In this document: one piece after another, positions 58,740 through 64,000 of the stretch
Layout: every line of letters begins with the position of its first letter
Numbering within the stretch: the stretch's first letter is position 1
NCBI GenBank assembly: GCA_963842085.1
Contig: CAWJET010000001.1
Location: forward strand, 1,856,001-1,920,000
From: an uncultured delta proteobacterium
Lineage (GTDB): Bacteria > Desulfobacterota > Binatia > Binatales > Binataceae
Length of the DNA stretch: 64,000 nucleotides
Direction: 5' to 3'
Program-made: the position numbers and the translations under genes
Notes under the pieces: generated by a model
Database searches by the model: none
What the model saw: the letters and a program-made list of their open reading frames with translations, nothing else
Told to the model about the DNA's origin: nothing

Positions 58740-59576
58740 CTAATCGCCCGGCTCGTTTTTCCATTCCTCGGGATAGAGCAGCAGCAAATCCTGGCCGAGC
58801 GCGCGCACCAGGAAGCGCTGCGTCTCGTTGATCGCGCGTTCGAGCGCCCGCCCGCCAATCAGCCAATGCCCGCGGCCCGCGATCGTCGCCATCTTCGCGC
58901 CGATCGACTCGGCAAATTTTGTCGTCTGCGGCAGCGGCGCGAAGATGTCCGAATCGCCCGCCACGACGAGCCGCGGTGCGGCTTTGTCCGCCGCGGCAAA
59001 CTCGATCGCTCCGCTCGTCACATCGCTAGCCAACGCACCGGAGTCGGGCACCATCGCATTTATCAGGCCGTCGCGAGTGAACGGATCGGAATCGGCGATC
59101 AGCTCGAACAATATCCGTCCGTGCGGCGGCTTGATCGGTCCGCCCAGCATCATCGCGAGCCGATTCGCGAATCCGCCCACCAGCGGCGTGCGAAAGCCAG
59201 GTGCCAGCGGTGCGTACGCGACTGCGGCCTTTACTCGGCGACGCTCGCTGAGTTTGAGCGCGATCAATCCGCCAACACCGTGACCGAGCACGACTGCGTC
59301 GCGGCCCATCCCCTCGATTGCCTCGCCCGCCAGCGCGGTCAAATCGTTGAAGTGAAGTTTTTCGAGCGAGGGCGTCGCGCCTTTGCCGAACGCAGCCCGC
59401 AGATCCGGCACGAACACTTCCCATCCGATCGACGCGAGATAGCCGAGCACGAGTGCAAGATGCCGCGGCGTCGTGAACAGTTCAGGCAGCAGCACGATGG
59501 GCCACGCGAACTTGACCGGCTCGGGCAGCTCGCGTTGCGCGGGGATGCGGCCCAGTTCGATTTCGTTGTCGTCCAC
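58740..59576 (-). CDS. Alpha/beta-hydrolase-fold protein lacking the nucleophile
   Basis: GWEV.VPDLR, VLGHGVGG, VAGDSD, RGHW. Confidence 0.8.
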   Translation of the reverse strand: MDDNEIELGRIPAQRELPEPVKFAWPIVLLPELFTTPRHLALVLGYLASIGWEVFVPDLRAAFGKGATPSLEKLHFNDLTALAGEAIEGMGRDAVVLGHGVGGLIALKLSERRRVKAAVAYAPLAPGFRTPLVGGFANRLAMMLGGPIKPPHGRILFELIADSDPFTRDGLINAMVPDSGALASDVTSGAIEFAAADKAAPRLVVAGDSDIFAPLPQTTKFAESIGAKMATIAGRGHWLIGGRALERAINETQRFLVRALGQDLLLLYPEEWKNEPGD

Positions 59577-59587
59577 CGGACTGCGGA

Positions 59588-60850
59588 CTAGGCGGCCCGC
59601 GACGCCGCCGCCATCAGCCGCGCGAATCGGAACGACGGAAACGCGGCGCGCGGCGTAATCATCTGCGCGAACCTGATCATCTCGTCCGCCGCCCACTGTT
59701 CGCGGCTCGCCGCGCGATGCGCATAACGGCTGGCCGGATCGAGCCCGAGTTCCTGCGAGGCGCGAACGCTCGACCTGTAGTACGGCATCAACTCCGCATC
59801 ACGACGCCGCGTGAATTCAGCCAGCGTCGCCGCGGGAATCGAGTTGCTGCGGCCGTTGGAAAACCACTCGCGCGCGAGCTCGCCGGCGATCCATGCGCTC
59901 ATCAGCGCCAGCGAATGCCCCTGGCCGAACAGCGGATCGACGTGCAAGCCCGCGTCGCCGAGCAGGAGCGCTCCATCAGTCACCGGATTGCGATACGTGT
60001 TGTTGAGCAGGCCCGAGGAAAACACCTTGCCCGCCATCGTCGCGCCCTCGAGCATTTTGCCAACCGCGAACGAACGGTTCAGGTAGGTGCGCAGATTCGA
60101 CGCGAGGTCGGTGCGGAAGGTTTGCATCTCGGCCGCGTCGAATGCGGTCGCCGCGACCGTGAGTCCGTTCTCGCATCGACACAGCAGGTTGCCCGCGCCG
60201 GGGGCGGCCTCGAATTCCACGACCAATTCGTCGCCGAGGTTTTTGCGCGCGACGCCTTCGAAGTACGCATAGTAATAGGCGCGTGCGCATGGAACGTCGA
60301 TGCGCTTGAACGCGCCGATTCGCGCCGACGCGATCTGCGCGACCGTGCTGCGCATCCCGTCGGCGCCGATTGTCAGCGGCGCGCGAAACTCGTGGACGCC
60401 CGACGCATCCTCGCCGCGAATTCCGACCACGGCGCCATCTTCAATGAGCAGATCGACGAGCCTCAAGCGCTCGCGAAACGTGACACCGTCGAAACTCCGC
60501 GCCGCATCGATCATCGCAGCATCCATCAACACGCGCCCCAGACACAGTCCGCGATCGTCGGCGCCGTCGCGCGCGAGTTCGCCGCGGTAGTCGAAGTCCG
60601 GACCGATCGTGCGCATCCGCGCAAAGCGGACGCCGCCCAGGCGCTCGAGCATATCGAGCACGCCCATTCGCTCGAGCACTCTCGTTCCGCCACCGAGCAC
60701 GATGTGCGTCGAAAGCCGGTCCGACGGGAAGGCATCCTTATCGACCAGCAAAACGCGGCGCCCGTCGCGCGCAAGTAAAATCGCGGCCGCGCTGCCGGCG
60801 ACGCGCGCGCCAACAATTATCGCGTCAAAATTTTTCGCCGACTCGGACAT
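59588..60850 (-). CDS. FAD-dependent oxidoreductase (geranylgeranyl reductase/halogenase-like superfamily)
   Basis: IVGARVAG, IGADG, LLGDAG..DP..GQG. Confidence 0.9.
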   Translation of the reverse strand: MSESAKNFDAIIVGARVAGSAAAILLARDGRRVLLVDKDAFPSDRLSTHIVLGGGTRVLERMGVLDMLERLGGVRFARMRTIGPDFDYRGELARDGADDRGLCLGRVLMDAAMIDAARSFDGVTFRERLRLVDLLIEDGAVVGIRGEDASGVHEFRAPLTIGADGMRSTVAQIASARIGAFKRIDVPCARAYYYAYFEGVARKNLGDELVVEFEAAPGAGNLLCRCENGLTVAATAFDAAEMQTFRTDLASNLRTYLNRSFAVGKMLEGATMAGKVFSSGLLNNTYRNPVTDGALLLGDAGLHVDPLFGQGHSLALMSAWIAGELAREWFSNGRSNSIPAATLAEFTRRRDAELMPYYRSSVRASQELGLDPASRYAHRAASREQWAADEMIRFAQMITPRAAFPSFRFARLMAAASRAA

Positions 60851-60929
60851 TAAGCTTGCGTACCTTCGCGGGCGATTGAACCCTATCATGTTGACCGCGC
60901 GTGTTCCCAAGCGAGCGCCACATAAGGAA

Positions 60930-60955
60930 AGAGCCCCCTCTTTCAAGGGGGCTCT
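60930..60955 (-). terminator. Terminator-like hairpin downstream of the small basic peptide gene
   Basis: AGAGCCCCCT-6 nt-AGGGGGCTCT, followed by TTCCTTAT on the minus strand. Confidence 0.65.
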
Positions 60956-61058
60956 CCCGTGTTGCGAGGCCCTTCAGCCTCGGCTTATTCCAGCAGCAAA
61001 TCCTGGCAGCCTTAGCCAGCCTTCGGGGTATTGGCCCGAAGGTAAACTCGTTAAGTGG

Positions 61059-61163
61059 TTACTTCTTTTTGGTCTTTTTGGCCGGTTTCTTCTTTGCCAT
61101 TTTGCTCTTTCGCATCGGTTTGGACTTGGTGGCCTTTTTGGCCCGTTTCCTTCTCACTGGCAT
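61059..61163 (-). CDS. 34-aa Lys/Arg-rich peptide (histone H1-tail-like)
   Basis: MPVRRKRAKKATKSKPMRKSKMAKKKPAKKTKKK; GAGGAGG RBS 5 nt upstream; own promoter and terminator. Confidence 0.8.
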   Translation of the reverse strand: MPVRRKRAKKATKSKPMRKSKMAKKKPAKKTKKK

Positions 61164-61245
61164 AGGTACCTCCTCTTCCTAGGCTGCTACTGGACAAGCA
61201 CCCTTTTCTTATGGATGAGGGTTCATCCCTCATCGAGTCGGGCCG

Positions 61246-61274
61246 ATTATAGAAACATGTTATTCTCAAATCAA
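61246..61274 (-). promoter_or_regulatory. Sigma70-type promoter
   Basis: TTGATT-17 nt-TATAAT on the minus strand. Confidence 0.7.
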
Positions 61275-61409
61275 GGGTTACGAGGTGATTTATAAAGAAA
61301 TTTTAAAGTCGAAAGAGTGCAACCTAACCGGTCTGTTTCGGCTCTTTAGAATGTCGTTCAAAATTAGATCGCTTGAACTGGACCAGGCGCTTGGATTACG
61401 ATTCCTCGG

Positions 61410-61739
61410 ATGACCCGGTTAAGCTTCGTACTCCGCCGCGAGTGGCTCAGCCTAATCTTCGGCGGGGTGCTCGTGATGCTGCTGCTGAGCGCCCTGCTCG
61501 GCAACCTGGGTCCGCGCGACCTGCTCGCCCTCCAGAGCCATCGCGCCGCGTTGGAGGAGCGCCGCAATCAACTGGCAGCGGACAACGCCGCGTTCAGAAC
61601 GCGCATTCAGAAGCTTCGTTCCGACGACCGCTATATCGAACGCCTCATTCGCCGCGAGCTTGGCTACGCCCGCCCCGATGAACTGGTGTACAAGTTCACC
61701 GGCGACGCGGATCGCGACGACGACACGCCGTCGCGCTGA
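61410..61739 (+). CDS. ftsB: Septum formation initiator FtsB/DivIC
   Basis: One TM, coiled-coil, IE..IR.ELGY.RPDE.VY. Confidence 0.85.
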   Translation: MTRLSFVLRREWLSLIFGGVLVMLLLSALLGNLGPRDLLALQSHRAALEERRNQLAADNAAFRTRIQKLRSDDRYIERLIRRELGYARPDELVYKFTGDADRDDDTPSR

Positions 61740-61753
61740 ACGGTTCGCAACTA

Positions 61754-63088
61754 TCAGAAAACGGCGCGCGAGATCAGCCGGTACTCGCGCGCCTGGCGCT
61801 CCAGCTCTTCGCGGAAATCAGGATGCGCGATCGAGATCAGCGCGCGCGCCCGCTCCGGCACTGATTTGCCCTTCAGATTGACCATCCCGTACTCGGTCAC
61901 CACGTACATCACGTCGGTGCGCGGCGTCGTCACGATGTTGCAGTCGTCGATGCGCGCGACGATTCGGCTCGCGCGCCGCCCGCTACGTTCGAAGGTCGAA
62001 GCGAGACACAGGAATGACTTGCCCCCGCGCGAGGCGTACGCACCGCGCACGAATTGCAGTTGTCCGCCGGTGCCGCTTATCTGCCGTACTCCCGCCGACT
62101 CGGAGCACGTCTGCCCGGTGAGATCGATTTGCGCCGCGTTGCAGATCGAGATGACGCGATCGTTCTGCATGATGTGATGCGGCAGGTTGGTGTAGTCGAC
62201 CGGTCCCGCGAAGCATGCGGCGTTGCGATCGAGGAAGTCGTACATCCGTTTCGAGCCCGCCGCGAAGGTGTACGCCATCTGGTAGCGATTGGTCGCCTTG
62301 TGCGCGCCGGTCACCTTGCCGGCCTCGTAAAGCGAGACCAGCGAATCGACGAACATCTCGGTATGCACGCCGAGGTCCTTGATCGGCGCGGCCGCCAGCA
62401 ACTCGCAGACCGCGTTGGGCATCGCGCCGATGCCGATTTGAACGCAGGCGCCGCTGGGAATTTCCGGCGCGATCAGCTCCGCGACTTTCTGATCGACCGC
62501 GCTCGCGGCGGGATTCTTCAGCTCCGGCAACTCGGACACGCCGCCGTCCAGCACGTACTCGACATCATCTATATGGACCGCGTTCTCGATTCCGAAAACG
62601 TACGGCACGCTGGCGTCGGTCTCGACGATCAGGGTCTTCGCCTTTTCGCTGATCGCCTTGTGATAGGTGACCGACGGTCCGAAGTTGAAGAATCCGTGCT
62701 CGTCCATCGGCGCGGTCTTCAACACCGCGACATCCACGTCGACGAAGCGGCGATAGTTGTCGGGCGCCTCGCCGAAGTTCATCGGGATATGATGCGCGAG
62801 GCCGCGATCGTGCATCTTTCTTTCCAACCCCGAGAAATACCACGACAGGTAGGTGAGATGACGCTCCTCCGGATCCGCCTCGGCCGCCGCACGCGGGCGC
62901 AGCGCAAGGCATCCGCGGATTTTCACGCGTTCGAGCGTTCGCGCTCGCCCTGCCAACGCGCGATCGAACAAATCCGGCTGCCCGAGTCCGAATCCGTACT
63001 CGACCCAATCGCCGGATTTGACCTTGGCCGCCGCTTCCTCGGCGCTGACTTTTTTGCGTTTGAGTTTTCCCTCGTGGGAAGTCGCCAT
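61754..63088 (-). CDS. Acetyl-CoA hydrolase/4-hydroxybutyrate CoA-transferase family
   Basis: QIGIGAMPN, HTEM, SGTGGQLQFVRGA..S.GGKS, VVTEYG, LISIAHPDFR. Confidence 0.92.
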   Translation of the reverse strand: MATSHEGKLKRKKVSAEEAAAKVKSGDWVEYGFGLGQPDLFDRALAGRARTLERVKIRGCLALRPRAAAEADPEERHLTYLSWYFSGLERKMHDRGLAHHIPMNFGEAPDNYRRFVDVDVAVLKTAPMDEHGFFNFGPSVTYHKAISEKAKTLIVETDASVPYVFGIENAVHIDDVEYVLDGGVSELPELKNPAASAVDQKVAELIAPEIPSGACVQIGIGAMPNAVCELLAAAPIKDLGVHTEMFVDSLVSLYEAGKVTGAHKATNRYQMAYTFAAGSKRMYDFLDRNAACFAGPVDYTNLPHHIMQNDRVISICNAAQIDLTGQTCSESAGVRQISGTGGQLQFVRGAYASRGGKSFLCLASTFERSGRRASRIVARIDDCNIVTTPRTDVMYVVTEYGMVNLKGKSVPERARALISIAHPDFREELERQAREYRLISRAVF

Positions 63089-63172
63089 CGGTACGCCCTC
63101 GTGTTGATTGCGATAGCTTCGCTTGACTGCGCGGCCGGCGTAGGATTCTCTGCAACCCGCGTACTCCAATCA

Positions 63173-64000
63173 ATGCCAAGTATCGAACCAGTCACGCAAG
63201 CGCGCGCCGGGGCTCCTGCAGCCTCGCGGCTGATACTGTTTCTGACCGTCTTTATCGATCTGCTCGGCTTCGGAATCGTCATACCGTTCCTGCCGATGTT
63301 TGCGCACGGCATGGGGGTCGGCGCGATCGGGGTGGGTCTGCTGCTTTCGATCTATTCGCTGATGCAATTCGTGTTCGCGCCGATTCTGGGCCGAATCTCC
63401 GATCGCGTGGGACGCCGGCCGATCCTCTTGCTCGGATTGCTCGGCTCGTCGCTCGGCTATTTGATTTACGGATTTGCCGACACGTTCTTCTGGCTGCTCG
63501 CGTCGCGCGCGATGCACGGCGCGTGCGCCGCCACGATTTCGACCGCGCAGGCCTACATCGCCGACACCACCGACGCCGAGCATCGCGCCGGGGGCATGGG
63601 ACTGATCGGCGCCGCGTTCGGACTCGGCTTCGTGCTGGGCCCGGCGCTCGGCGGCACTATGGGGCATTCGAGCCTGCGCGTGCCGGTGTTCTTCGCCAGC
63701 GCGCTGACGTTCGCGAACTTCATCTTCGCCGCCGCCCGGCTGCCCGAGTCGCATCATCCCGATCGCTCAGCGCCGCTCGACCTCGCCCACTTCGTCGCGC
63801 CGCTGCTGGCAATCCCGCGCCAGCTCGTGGGCCATCGCCTGGCACGCATGTTCGCGATTGCATTTCTGCTGACGTTTTCGTTGTCCGCGCTCGAAGCCAC
63901 GTTTGCGCTGATGGTGCCCGTAATTTACGGTTACGGCGCGTTGGGCATCGGTGTGTTGCTGGCATTCGCCGGCCTGATGCAGGCGCTGGCGCAGGGCTAT
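63173..64000 (+). CDS. DHA1/TetA-like MFS transporter (truncated by window edge)
   Basis: FLTVFIDLLGFGIVIP, MQFVFAPILGRISDRVGRRPILL, AQAYIADTT, GFVLGPALGG. Confidence 0.9.
   Translation, partial: MPSIEPVTQARAGAPAASRLILFLTVFIDLLGFGIVIPFLPMFAHGMGVGAIGVGLLLSIYSLMQFVFAPILGRISDRVGRRPILLLGLLGSSLGYLIYGFADTFFWLLASRAMHGACAATISTAQAYIADTTDAEHRAGGMGLIGAAFGLGFVLGPALGGTMGHSSLRVPVFFASALTFANFIFAAARLPESHHPDRSAPLDLAHFVAPLLAIPRQLVGHRLARMFAIAFLLTFSLSALEATFALMVPVIYGYGALGIGVLLAFAGLMQALAQGY

Noticed and set aside
61051-61269. 72-aa ORF from the track
   Set aside because: Wrong frame; the strong RBS points to the ATG at 61163

Overview
A GC-rich, gene-dense bacterial chromosomal window of metabolic and stress genes. 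I saw no rRNA, tRNA, CRISPR array, transposase or phage genes. The overall gene style suggests a soil Binatota/delta-proteobacteria-like organism, but that is inference only. Recognisable modules: a heterodimeric ABC exporter (cut by the left edge); divergent trehalose loci (otsA-otsB-MFS and DUF5752-like/treT); a pqqABCDE operon whose pqqA is missing from the ORF track and follows a TonB-dependent receptor remnant; a rhodanese/MauE pair; cysK; exported msrA; a B12-type radical SAM; an amidase/LLM/NTF2 operon; a ppx-tmk-tmk-CHAD-sixA cluster; a peptide ABC importer lacking its ATPase; an LvaAB-like kinase pair; mtnA; an RRM protein; a REP-flanked Zn alcohol dehydrogenase; a three-subunit molybdenum hydroxylase with a ThiS/MoaD protein; ftsB; and several CoA-handling enzymes. 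The best hidden signals are: an exported rhodanese with an in-frame UGA at a Cys-equivalent position followed by a SECIS-like hairpin (probable selenoprotein); a polyphosphate operon with two tandem thymidylate-kinase-like paralogs; a 5' stem-loop displaying four (G/U)UAG motifs opposite an RRM gene; an unannotated 34-aa Lys/Arg peptide with its own complete transcription unit; and REP-type repeats with compensatory base changes.
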